DNA from: an uncultured Gemmatimonadales bacterium
GTDB lineage: Bacteria > Gemmatimonadota > Gemmatimonadetes > Longimicrobiales > Longimicrobiaceae
Reading direction: 5' to 3'
DNA: 64,000 nucleotides
Assembly (NCBI GenBank): GCA_963716255.1
Contig: OY970303.1
Coordinates: 6,784,001-6,848,000, forward strand
Under the pieces are notes generated by a model that was not told where the DNA came from, ran no database searches, and saw nothing but the letters and a program-made list of their open reading frames with translations. Made by a program: the position numbers and the translations under genes. How positions within the stretch are numbered: the stretch's first letter is position 1; every line of letters begins with the position of its first letter. Below, one piece after another: positions 48,535-60,500 of this stretch.

Positions 48535-51500
48535 ATGAGCGACCAGCCCACTGCCGGATCCGCGGACGCGCTCGGACATCTCTCGTCCGCGACAAGGCAG
48601 GCGCTCCTGCAGAGCATCCTGCGGGAGCGGAGCGTGCCCGTCCTGGAGAAGATTCCGCGCAGGCCCACCCCCGGGCCCGCGCCGCTGTCGTTCGCGCAGC
48701 AGCGGCTGTGGCTGGTGGACCGGCTGGAGCCGGGAAGCCCCGCCTACAACATGCCCTACGCGCTGCGCCTGCGGGGCGTGCTCGACCCGGCGGCGCTGCG
48801 GGCCAGTCTGGACGCGCTGGTGCGGCGTCACGAGGCGCTGCGCACCACGTTCGCCGAGCAGGGGGACGGGCCGGTGCAGGTCGTCCACCCGCCGGCACCC
48901 GTCGCCCTGGCGGAGCTGGACCTGCGCCGCCTGCCGGACGCCGGGCGGGAGGCGGCGCGCCTGGTGGAGGAGGAGTCGCTGCGGCCGTTCGACCTGGAGC
49001 GCGGGCCGCTCCTGCGCAGCACCCTGCTGCGCCTGGGCGAGGCCGACCACGTGCTGCTCTTCACGCTGCACCACGTGGTCAGCGACGGCTGGAGCCGCGG
49101 CGTGCTGGTGCGCGAGGTTTCCGCCCTGTACGGCGCCTTCAGCCGGGGCGAGGAGCCGCGCCTCCCGGAGCTGCCGGTCCAGTACGCCGACTTCGCCGTG
49201 TGGCAGCGCGGCTGGCTCAGCGGGGCTAGGCTGGAAGGGCACGTCGGCTACTGGAAGGAAAAGCTCGGCGGCGCCCCTCCGCTGCTGGAGATCCCGACCG
49301 ACCATCCGCGTGCCCCGGGGCGGAGCCAGCTGGCGGGGAGCCACCGCTTTGCGCTGCCGGCGGCGGTGGCGCAGGGGCTGCGCGAGCTCTCGGAGCGCGA
49401 AGGCACGACGCTGTTCATGACGCTGCTGGCCGGCTGGCAGGCGCTGCTGGGCCGCCATGCGGGGCAGGAGGACGTGGTGGTGGGCAGCGCCATCGCGGGG
49501 CGCACGCGGCGCGAGACGGAGGGGCTGATCGGGTTCTTCGTCAACCTGCTCGCGCTGCGGGTGGACCTGGCGGGAGATCCCACCCTGAGCGAAGTGCTGC
49601 GCCGTGTGCGGGAAACGGCGCTGGGGGCGTACGCGCACCAGGACCTCCCGTTCGAGCGCCTGGTGGAAGAGCTGGGGGTGGAGCGCAGCCTGACGCACCC
49701 GCCCGTCTTCCAGGCCACCTTCGCCCTGCAGACGGCAGGCGGGACGGGCGAGCGGCCGGTCCTCGGCGAGATGGAGGTGGAGCCGTTCGGCGCGGACGAA
49801 GTGGCGGCCAAGTTCGACCTGGACCTGGTGGTCATCGATTCAGGCGAGCGGATGGACGGGGTGCTGGTCTACCGGGAGGCGCTGTTCGAGGCGGCGACGG
49901 CGGCGCGCCTGGCCGGGCACCTGGAGACCGTGCTGGAAGCCATGGCGGCCGATCCGGGACGGCGGCTTTCTGAGCTGTCGCTGCTTCGAGGGGCCGAGCG
50001 CGCACGGGTCCTGGAGGCCTGGAACGCCACCTCCACCGAGCTCCCGCGGGCTCTTGTCCACGAGCTCGTCGCGGAGCAGGCGCGGCGCGCCCCCGGCGCC
50101 GCCGCGGTCGTCGCGCGGGGCGGGTCCCTCAACTACGCGGAGCTCCAGCGCAGGGCCGACCGGCTGGCCCGCTCCCTCCGCGCCCTCGGCGTCGGTCCCG
50201 AGACGTGCGTGGGGCTGTGCGTCGGGCGCTCGCCCGGGATGGTCGTCGGCGTGCTGGGCATCCTGGGGGCCGGCGGCGTCTACGTCCCGCTGGATCCCGC
50301 CTACCCGGCCGAGCGCCTGGCCTGGATGGCCGCCGACTCGGGCGCCGCCGTGCTGGTGGTGGAGTCCACGGCCCCGGACGTCCTCCCCGCCTTCGCGGGG
50401 CCGCGGCTCGTCCTGGACGCGGAGGGGGAAGGGGACTCCGGCGAGGGCGAAGCGCCTCCCGTGACTGGGCTGTCGCCGGACAACGCCGCGTACGTCATCT
50501 ACACCTCCGGCTCCACCGGCCGCCCCAAGGGCGTGGTGGTCACGCACGCGGGCGCGGCCAACCTGCTGTCGGCCACGGTCCGGACGCTGGGGGCGACCCC
50601 GCGGAGCAGCCTGCTGCAGACGCTCTCCCCGGCCTTCGACGCCTCGCTGCTGGAGATCTTCGTCGCGCTGCTCGCCGGCGCGGCGCTGCACCTGGTGGAG
50701 CGCGAGACGGTGCTTTCGCCGGAGCGGTTGGGAGCGCTGCTGCGGGAGCGGGAGGTCGACGTCCTGCTGAGCAGCCCGGCGCTCCTGGACAGCCTGCCGG
50801 AGGCGGAATACCCCGCCCTGCGCGCCATCGGGGTGGGCGGGGAGCGCCTTCCGGGCGACACGGCGGCGCGCTGGTCGCGCGGGCGGCGGCTGGTCAACAT
50901 GTACGGCCCGACGGAAACGACCATCACTGCCACGGAGCACCTGTGCGAGCCGGGCGCGGGGGAGGCGCCGCCCATCGGGCGGCCGGTGGCCAACGCGCGC
51001 GTCTACGTGCTGGACGCGTGGGGCGAGGCGGCGCCCGTGGGCGTGCCGGGAGAGCTGTGGGTGGGAGGCGCGGGGGTGTCGCGCGGCTACCTGGGCCGCC
51101 CCGGGCTGACGGCGGAAACGTTCGTCCCCGACCCGTTCGGCGCGGCGGGCGGGCGGCTGTACCGGACGGGAGACCGGGTGCGGTGGCTGGCCCGCGGGGA
51201 GCTGGAGTTCCTGGGCCGCATCGACGCGCAGGTCAAGGTCCGCGGCTTCCGCATCGAGCCGGGCGAGGTCGAGGCTGCCCTGCTGGGCGCTCCGGGGGTG
51301 GGGGAGGCGGCCGTCGTCGTGCGGGAGGACGTGCCGGGGCGCCGGCGCCTGGTGGGCTACGTGGTGCCGGCGGACGGCGCCGGCCTGGAGTCGGCCGGGG
51401 TGCGGGCGCACCTGGCGGCGCGGCTGCCGGAGCACATGGTGCCGGCCGCCTTCGTGGTGCTGGACGCGCTTCCGCGCACGCCCAACGGCAAGACCGACCG

Positions 51501-54500
51501 GCGGGCGCTGCCGGCGCCGGAGGGGGGGAGCGGTGCCGGGGTGGAGCACGTCGCCCCGGCGACCGCGGTGGAGGAGGTGCTGGCGGGGATCTGGGCCGCG
51601 GTGCTGGGAATCGACCGCGTGGGCGTGCGCGACGACTTCTTCGAGCTGGGCGGGCACTCGCTGCTGGCGACGCAGGTGGTCTCGCGGGTGCGGCAGGCGC
51701 TCGGGGTGGAGGTGCCGCTGCGGGCCGTGTTCGAGGCGCCCACCGTCGCGGAGCTCGCCCCCCGCGTGGAAGCGCTGCGCGCGGACGGCGGACCGGCGGC
51801 GGATCCCATCGTCCGGGTCCCGCGCGAGGAGGCGCCGCCGCTGTCGTTCGCGCAGCAGCGGCTGTGGGTGGTGGACCGGATCGAGCCGGGGAGCCCCGCC
51901 TACAACATGCCCTCCGCGCTGCGCCTGAGGGGCGCGCTGGACGCCGCGGCGCTGCGGGCGAGCATCGGCGAGCTGGCGCGGCGGCACGAGGCGCTGCGCA
52001 CCACGCTCCAGGAGCGCGGCGGCGCGCCCGTGCAGGTGGTCCATCCCCACGCGCCGGCCGCGCTCCCGGTGGTGGACCTCGCCCGCCTGCCGGCCGGGGC
52101 GCGCGCGCCGGAGGCGGAGCGGCTCGCGGACGCGGAGGCGCTGCGCCCCTTCGACCTGGCGCGCGGGCCGCTGCTGCGGAGCGCGCTGCTGCGCCTGGAC
52201 GAGGACGACCACGTGCTGCTCTTCACGCTGCACCACGTGGCCGGCGACGGCTGGAGCATGCAGGTGCTCGTGCGCGAGGTCTCCGCCCTGTACGGCGCCT
52301 TCAGCCGCGGCGATTCGTCGCCCCTGCCGGAGCTGCCGGTGCAGTACGCCGACTTCGCCGTGTGGCAGCGCGGCTGGCTCAGCGGCCCGGTCCTGGAAGC
52401 GCACCTGTCGTACTGGAAGACGCGCCTGGCGGACGCGCCGCCGCTGCTGGAGATCCCCACCGACCATCCGCGCGGGGCGGGACGGGGCGCGCGCGCGGGG
52501 ACCCACGCCTTCGCCCTGCCGGCCGGGCTGTCGCGGGGGCTGCGGGAGCGCGCGCGCCAGGAGGGCGCGACGCTGTTCATGACGCTGCTCGCCGGCTGGC
52601 AGGCGCTGCTCGCCAGGTACTCGGGGCAGGACGACGTGGTGGTGGGGAGCCCCATCGCGGGGCGCACGCGGGCGGAGACGGAGGGCCTGATCGGCTTCTT
52701 CGCGAACATGCTCCCCCTGCGCGCCGACCTGTCCGGCGACCCCACCTGGCGGGAGCTGCTGGGGCGGGTGCGCGAGACCGCGCTGGGCGCCTACGCGCAC
52801 CAGGAGCTGTCCTTCGAGCGGCTGGTGGAGGAGCTGGCCGTGGAGCGCAGCCTCACCCACACGCCCGTCTTCCAGGCCACCTTCGCCCTGAACCGCCCCG
52901 GCGAGGAGGAGGCGCCGTCGCTGGGCGGCCTGGCGCTGGAACCGTTCGGCGGCGGCGCCCGGGTCGCGAAGTTCGACCTGGGGCTGGTGGCGGAGGACGG
53001 GGAGGCGGCCCTCGCCGCGACCCTGGACTACCGGGTGGCGCTCTTCGAGGCCGCCACGATCGCGCGCATGGCGGGGCACCTGGAGGCCGTGCTGGAGGCG
53101 CTGGCCGGGGAGCCGGAGCGCCGCCTCTCGGAGCTGTCGCTGCTGGGCGGGGCGGAGCGCGCCCGGGTGCTGGAGGCGTGGAACGCCACCGAGGCCGACC
53201 TGCCGCGCGCCTGCGTGCACGAGCTGTTCGCCGAGCAGGCGCGGCGCACCCCGGACGCCGCCGCCGTGGTCCACGAGGGCCGGACCCTCACCTACGGCGA
53301 GCTGGAGCGGAGCGCGAACCGCCTGGCGCACTCCCTCCGCCGCCTGGGCGTGGGCCCGGAAGCGTGCGTGGGGCTGTGCGCGCGGCGCTCGCCCGGGATG
53401 GTCGCCGGCCTGCTGGGCATCCTGGCGGCCGGCGGCGTCTACGTCCCGCTGGATCCCGCCTATCCGGCCGAGCGCCTGGAGTTCATGGCCGCCGATTCCG
53501 GCGCCGCGGTGCTGCTGGTGGACTCCGCCGCCCCGGACGTCCTCCCCGCCTTCGCGGGGGCGCGGCTCGTCCTGGACGACTTCGGGCGGGAGGCGGACTC
53601 CGCGGAGGACGGAGCGCCCCCGGCGAGCGGAGTGTCGCCGGAAAACGCGGCGTACGTGATCTACACCTCCGGCTCCACCGGCCGCCCCAAGGGAGTCGTG
53701 GTCACGCATGCCGGCGCGGCCAACCTCCTGCCGCGCGCCGGCCGGTCCTTCGGGGCCGCGCCCGGCGGGCGCGTGCTCCAGACGGCCTCCCTGAGCTTCG
53801 ACGCCTCGGTGCTGGAAATCTTCGTGGCGCTGCTCTCCGGGGCGGCGCTGCACGTGGCCGACCGCGAAGCCGTGCTCGCGCCGGAGCGGCTGGCGGCGCT
53901 GCTGAGGGAGCGGGAGATCGACGTGTGGGTGAGCACCCCCGCGCTGCTGGACACGCTGCCGGACACCGACTTCCCGCTCCTCCGCACCATCAGCGCGGGC
54001 GGCGAGCGGTGCTCGGGCGAGACGGCGGCGCGCTGGTCCCAGGGGCGGCGCCTGGTGAACATGTACGGCCCCACGGAGATCACCATCTTCGCGACCATGC
54101 ACGAGTGCGCGCCCGGCGCGGCGGAGGCGCCGCCGATCGGGCGGCCGGTGCCCAATGCGCGCGTGTACGTGCTGGACGCCTGGGGGGAGCCGGCGCCGCC
54201 GGGAATGCCGGGCGAGCTGTACGTCGGGGGCGCGGGGGTGGCGCGGGGCTACCTGGGGCGGCCCGAGCTGACGGCGGAGAAGTTCGTGCCGGATCCGTTC
54301 GGTGGGGGCGGCGCGCGGCTGTACCGCACGGGGGACCGCGCGCGGTGGAACGGGCGCGGCGAGCTGGAGTTCCTGGGCCGCATCGACGCGCAGGTCAAGC
54401 TTCGTGGCTTCCGCATCGAGCCGGGCGAGGTCGAGGCGGCGCTGCTGGAGGCGCCGGAGGTGCGGGAGGCGGTGGTCGTCGTGCGGGAGGACGCGCCGGG

Positions 54501-57500
54501 CAGGGCGCGGCTGGTGGCCTACGTCGTCGCCGCGGACGGGGCGGAGCCCGCGGCCGGGGAGCTGCGGGCGAGGATCTCGGCGCGGCTGCCGGAGCACATG
54601 GTGCCGGGCGCCTTCGTCGTGCTGGAGCAGCTGCCGCTCACCGTCGCCGGCAAGATCGACCGGCGGGGGCTTCCCGCGCCGGAGCCGGTCGCGGGCGCGG
54701 AGCACGCCGCGCCGCGGACGGCGACCGAGGAGGTGCTGGCGGGGATCTGGGCGGAGGTGCTGGGCGTGGAGCGCGTGGGGGTGGAGGCCGGCTTCTTCGA
54801 GCTGGGGGGGCACTCGCTGCTGGCCGCGCAGGTGGTCTCGCGCGCCCGCCAGGCGTTCGGGGTGGAGGTGCCGCTGCGGACGCTGTTCGAGGCGCCCACG
54901 GTGGCCGCCCTCGCCGGGCGCGTGGACGCCCTGAGGAGCGAAGGCGGCGCGGCCGCCCCGCCGGTCGCGCCGGTCCCGCGCGCCGGGCCGCTGCCGCTGT
55001 CGTTCGCGCAGCAGCGGCTGTGGGTGGTGGACCGGATCGAGCCGGGGAGCGCCGCCTACAACATGCCCTTCGCGCTGCGCCTGCGCGGCGCGCTGGACGC
55101 CGCGGCGCTGCGGGCGAGCATCGGCGAGCTGGCCCGGCGGCACGAGGTGCTGCGCACGGTCTTCGAGGAGCGCGGCGGCGCGCCCGCGCAGGTGGTGCGC
55201 CCGGCGGCGGCCGGCGCGCTCCCCGCGCTGGACCTGGGCGCCCTGCCGGAGGCGCGCCGCGAGGCGGAGGCGAAGCGGCTGGCCGGCGCGGAGGCGCTGC
55301 GCCCCTTCGACCTGGCGCGCGGCCCCCTGCTGCGGAGCACGCTGCTGCGGCTGGGCGCGGACGACCACGTGCTCCTCTTCACCCTCCACCACGTGGCCGG
55401 CGACGGGTGGAGCATGCAGGTGCTGGTGCGCGAGGTGTCCGCCCTGTACGGCGCCTTCAGCCGCGGCGAAGCGTCGCCGCTGCCGGAGCTGCCGGTGCAG
55501 TACGCCGACTTCGCCGTGTGGCAGCGCGGGTGGCTCGCGGGCGAGACGCTGCAGGCGCAGGTGGCCTTCTGGAAGGACGAGCTGGCCGGCGCCCCCCCGC
55601 TCCTGGAGGTCCCGACCGACCACCCGCGCAGGGTGGGGCAGAGCGCGCGGGCGGGGTCCCACGCCTTCACGCTGGCGCCCGGCGCGGCGAGGGAGCTGCG
55701 GGCGCTGGCGCGGCGGGAGGGGGCCACGCTGTTCATGACCGTGCTGGCCGGCTGGCAGGCGCTGCTGGGCCGCTGGGCCGCGCAGGACGACGTGGTGGTG
55801 GGCACCCCCGTCGCGGGGCGAACCCGGCGCGAGCTGGAGGGGCTGATCGGCTTCTTCGTCAACATGCTCGTGCTGCGCGCCGACCTGGGCGGCGACCCCA
55901 CCTGGAGGGAGCTGCTGGGGCGGGTTCGCGAAACCGCGCTGGGCGCGTACTCGCACCAGGAGCTCCCCTTCGAGCGGCTGGTGGAGGAGCTGGCCGTGGA
56001 GCGCAGCCTCACGCACACGCCCCTGTTCCAGGCGGCGTTCGCGCTGAGCCACGCCGACCCGGCCGGCGAGCTCTCGCCGCTGGGTGCGGTGGAGATGGAG
56101 GCGTTCCGGGGCGGGGAGGGCGTCGCCAAGTTCGACCTGGACCTGTCGGTGTCCGACGACGGGACGGCGCTGCACGGCACGCTGACGTACCGGGCGGCGC
56201 TCTTCGAGCCGGCGACGATCGCGCGCATGATGGGGCACTTCGAAGCGCTCCTGGAAGCCATGGCGGCCGGGCCCGCGCGGCGCCTTTCCGAGCTGTCGCT
56301 GCTGCGCGGCGCCGAGCGTGTGCAGGTGCTGGAAGCCTGGAACGCCACCGCCGCCGGCTTCCCCCGCGAGCGCTGCGTGCACGAGCTGTTCGCCGAGCAG
56401 GCGGCGCGCACCCCGGGCGCCGTGGCCATCGCAGCCGGCGGCGACGTGCTGACCTACGCCGAGCTGGAGCGCCGCTCCGGCCGGGTGGCGCGGCGCCTGT
56501 CCGGGCTCGGCGTGGGCCCGGAGGACCGCGTGGGACTGTGCGTGGAGCGCGGCGCGGAGATGGTCGTCGCCCTGCTCGGCATCCTCCGGGCCGGCGGCGC
56601 CTACCTGCCGCTGGACCCCACCCACCCGCCCGATCGCCTGGCCTACATGCTGGACGACTCGGGCGCGTCCGTGCTGCTGACGCAGGAGGGGCTGGCCGGC
56701 CTGTTCCAGGGCTTCGCGGGCGAGATCGTCGCGCTGGACGGGACCCCCCTCCCCCCGGCACCCTCCCCCGCAAGGGGGGAGGGGGAGCACGACGTCGCGG
56801 TGGACCCGCAGAACGCCGCCTACGTCATCTACACCTCCGGCTCCACCGGGCGGCCCAAGGGCGTGGCCGTCCCGCACCGGGCCGTGGTGAACTTCCTGGA
56901 GTCCATGCGCGCGGCGCCGGGACTCGCCGCCGGGGACACGCTGCTGGCGGTGACGACGCTCGCCTTCGACATCGCGGGGCTGGAGCTGCTGCTGCCGCTG
57001 ACCACGGGGGCGCGGGTGGCGGTCGCGAGCCGGGAGACCGCCGCCGACGGCGCGCGGCTGGGAGAGATGATCGCGGCGAGCGGGGCCACCGTCGTGCAGG
57101 CCACCCCGGCCACGTGGCGGATGCTGCTGGAGGCCGGGTGGGTGGGACGTCCCGGGCTGAAAGTGCTGTGCGGGGGCGAGGCGCTGCCGCGGGAGCTGGC
57201 GGACCGGCTCGCGGCGCGCTGCGGCGAGCTGTGGAACCTGTACGGACCCACCGAGACCACCATCTGGTCGACGGCCGTGCGCGTGGAGCCCGGCGAGGGC
57301 GCGGTGCCCATCGGCAGGCCCATCGCCAACACCCGCGTCTACCTGCTGGACCGCGCCCTGGAGCCGGTGCCCGCGGGGCTGGCCGGCGAGCTGTACGTGG
57401 GCGGCGAGGGGGTCGCGCGCGGCTACCTGGGGCGCGCCGGGCTGACGGCCGCGGCGTTCGTCCCCGACGCCTTCGGGGGCGAGCCGGGCGCGCGCATGTA

Positions 57501-60500
57501 CCGGACAGGGGACCGTGCCCGGTGGCGCCCGGACGGGACGCTGGAATACCTGGGGCGGACGGACTACCAGGTGAAGCTGCGGGGCTTCCGCATCGAGCTG
57601 GGGGAGGTGGAGGCGGCGCTGCGGGCGCAGGACGCCGTGGCCCAGGCGGTGGCCGTGGTGCTGGAGCGCGCCCCGGGCGACCAGCTCCTGGTGGGATACG
57701 TGGTGGCGGACGGGGGCCCGGCGCCCACGCCCGCGGAGCTGCGGGCGGGGCTGCGGGAGCGACTGCCGGAGCACATGGTGCCGGGGGCCTTCGTGGTCCT
57801 CGACCGCCTTCCGCTGACCGCCAACGGCAAGCTCGACCGGCGGGCCCTCCCCGCGCCCGAGCGCGCCGGCGGGGGCCGCGAGGGCGGCGCCCCCGCCACC
57901 CCCACCGAGCGCGCGGTGGCCGCGATCTGGGAGGAGGTCCTGGGCGTGTCGGACGTCGGCGTGGGCGACAACGTCTTCGACCTGGGCGGGCACTCGCTGC
58001 TGCTGGTGCAGGTGCACTCCCGGCTGCAGGCGCGCTTCGGCGGCCGGGTGGAGCTGATCGAGCTGTTCGAGCACCGCACGCTGGGGGCGCTCGCCGCCCA
58101 CCTGGACCGGCGCGGGGCGGCGCGGGCCGCCCGGGGCCCCGCTCCGGCGGCCCGCGCCGCGGCGCGGAGGCGGGCCCCGGGCCGGCCGCAGGGCGGGAGC
58201 GACGTGGCCGTGATCGGCATGGCGGGGCGCTTTCCCGGGGCGGCCGACCTGGACGAGTTCTGGCGCAACCTCCGCGCGGGGGTCCGCTCCGTCCGGCGCT
58301 TCAGCGACGAGGAGCTCCGGGCCTCCGGCGTCCCCCGGCGCGACCGCGAATCGCCCGGCTACGTCCCGGCCGGCGGGGACCTGGAGGGCGTGGAGATGTT
58401 CGACCCGGCCTTCTTCGACGTCACCCCGCGCGAGGCCCTGGTGATGAACCCGCAGAAGCGGGTGTTCCTGGAGTGCGCGTGGGAGGCGCTGGAGCGGGCG
58501 GGCTACCACTCCGGGCGCATCGGTGTCTTCGCCTCCGAGGCGAACAACCAGTACCTGTTCAACGTCCTGTCCGAGCCCGGGCTGGTGGCCGCGGTGGGCG
58601 CGCCGCAGGTGATGAATTCCAACACCGTCGCCGTGTCCACGCTGGCGTCGTTCAAGCTGGACCTGGAGGGGCCCAGCCTCAACGTGCAGACGGCGTGCTC
58701 CTCCTCGCTGGTCGCCGTCCACCTGGCCTGCCGGAGCCTGCTCGACGGCGAGTCGGACGTGGCGCTGGCCGGCGGGGTGCGCGTGGGCGTGCCGCGGCAC
58801 GAGGGCTACCACTACGTGCCCGGGGGGATCGCCTCGCCCACGGGGGAGTGCAACCCGTTCGACGCGGACGCGCGCGGGACCGTGGGGGGAAGCGGCGTGG
58901 GGCTGGTGGTGCTGAAGCGGCTGGACGACGCGCTCGCGGACGGCGACCGGGTTCTCGCCGTGATCCGGGGCTCCGCCATGAACAACGACGGGGCGCGCAA
59001 GGTGGGGTTCACGGCGCCGCGGCGCGAGGGCCAGGCGGCCGCCATCTCCGAGGCGCTGGAGGCGGCCGGCGTGGAGCCGGCGTCGGTCTCGTACGTGGAG
59101 GCGCACGGCTCCGGGACCGAGATGGGCGACCCCATCGAGGTGGCGGCGCTCACCACGGTGTTCGGGGAGGGGCGGCCGGGAACGGTCGCCCTGGGAGCGG
59201 TCAAGTCCAGCGTGGGGCACCTGGACGCGGCGGCCGGGATCGTGGGGCTCATCAAGACGATTCTCGCGCTGGAGAACGGCGAGATCCCGCCCGCGCCGTA
59301 CTTCCGCGCGCCCAACCCCAGGATCCCCTTCGACCGCTCGCCCTTCTTCGTCGACCCGGAGCTGCGTCCCTGGCCGCGCGGCGCCGGGCCGCGCCGCGCG
59401 GGGGTCAGCTCCTTCGGCATCGGGGGGACCAACGTGCACGTGGTGCTGGAGGAGGCGCCCCCGCAGGAGCCGTCCGGCCCCTCGCGCCCCTGGCAGCTCC
59501 TGGTGCTTTCCGCGCGCACCCCCGCCGCCCTGGAGGCCGCCACCGACCGGCTCGCCGCCCACCTGCGCGAGCACCCCGAGCAGCCGTTCGCCGACGCGGC
59601 CCACACGCTGCGCGCGGGGAGGCGCCGCTTCGAGCGGCGGCGCGTGCTGGTGTGCCGCGGCCGCGGCGACGCCGTCGCCGCCCTGGAGTCGCGCGACGCG
59701 CGGCGGGTGCTGGAGGCCACGCAGGAGCGGGACGAGCGCCCCGTCGCCTTCCTCTTTCCCGGCGTAGGCGACCACTACGCGCAGATGGCGCGCGGGCTGT
59801 ACGAGGCCGAGCCCGTCTTCCGCGCGGAGGTGGACCGCTGCGCCCGCGTCCTGCTGGACCACACCGGCGACGACGTGCGCGACACGCTCTTCCCCGGCGA
59901 CCCCGCCCCGGAGCAGGCCGCCGGCGGCGACGGCGTTGCGGGCGCCTCCGTGGACCTGCGCGGCATGCTGGGCCGCGGCGCGGCGGCGGCGGACCCGCTG
60001 GGCCGCACCGAGCGGGCGCACCCGGCCGTGTTCGTGGTGGAGTACGCGCTGGCGCGGACGTGGATGAGCTGGGGCGTGCTCCCGGAGGCGATGATCGGGC
60101 ACTCGCTGGGCGAGTACGTGGCCGCCACCGTCGCGGGCGTCTTTTCGCTGGAGGACGCGCTGGCGCTGATGGCCGAGCGGGCCCGCCTGATCTCCGAGCT
60201 CCCGGCCGGGGCGATGCTCGCCGTGCCGCTGGACCCGGCGGCGGCCCGGGCGCGGCTGCGTGGCGCCCTGGCGCTGGCCGCGCACAACGCGCCGGGGCTG
60301 TGCACCGTCTCGGGCCCGCCGGAGGAGGTGGCCGCGCTGGAGGCGGAGCTGCTGGGCGAGGGCGTGGCGTGCCGGCGCCTCGCCGCCGGGCACGCCTTCC
60401 ACTCCGCGGCGATGGAGCCGGTGGCCGGCCGCCTGGCGGAGCGGCTGCGGGCGATGCGGCTGCGCGCGCCCGAGGTCCCGTTCGTGTCCAACGTGACGGG

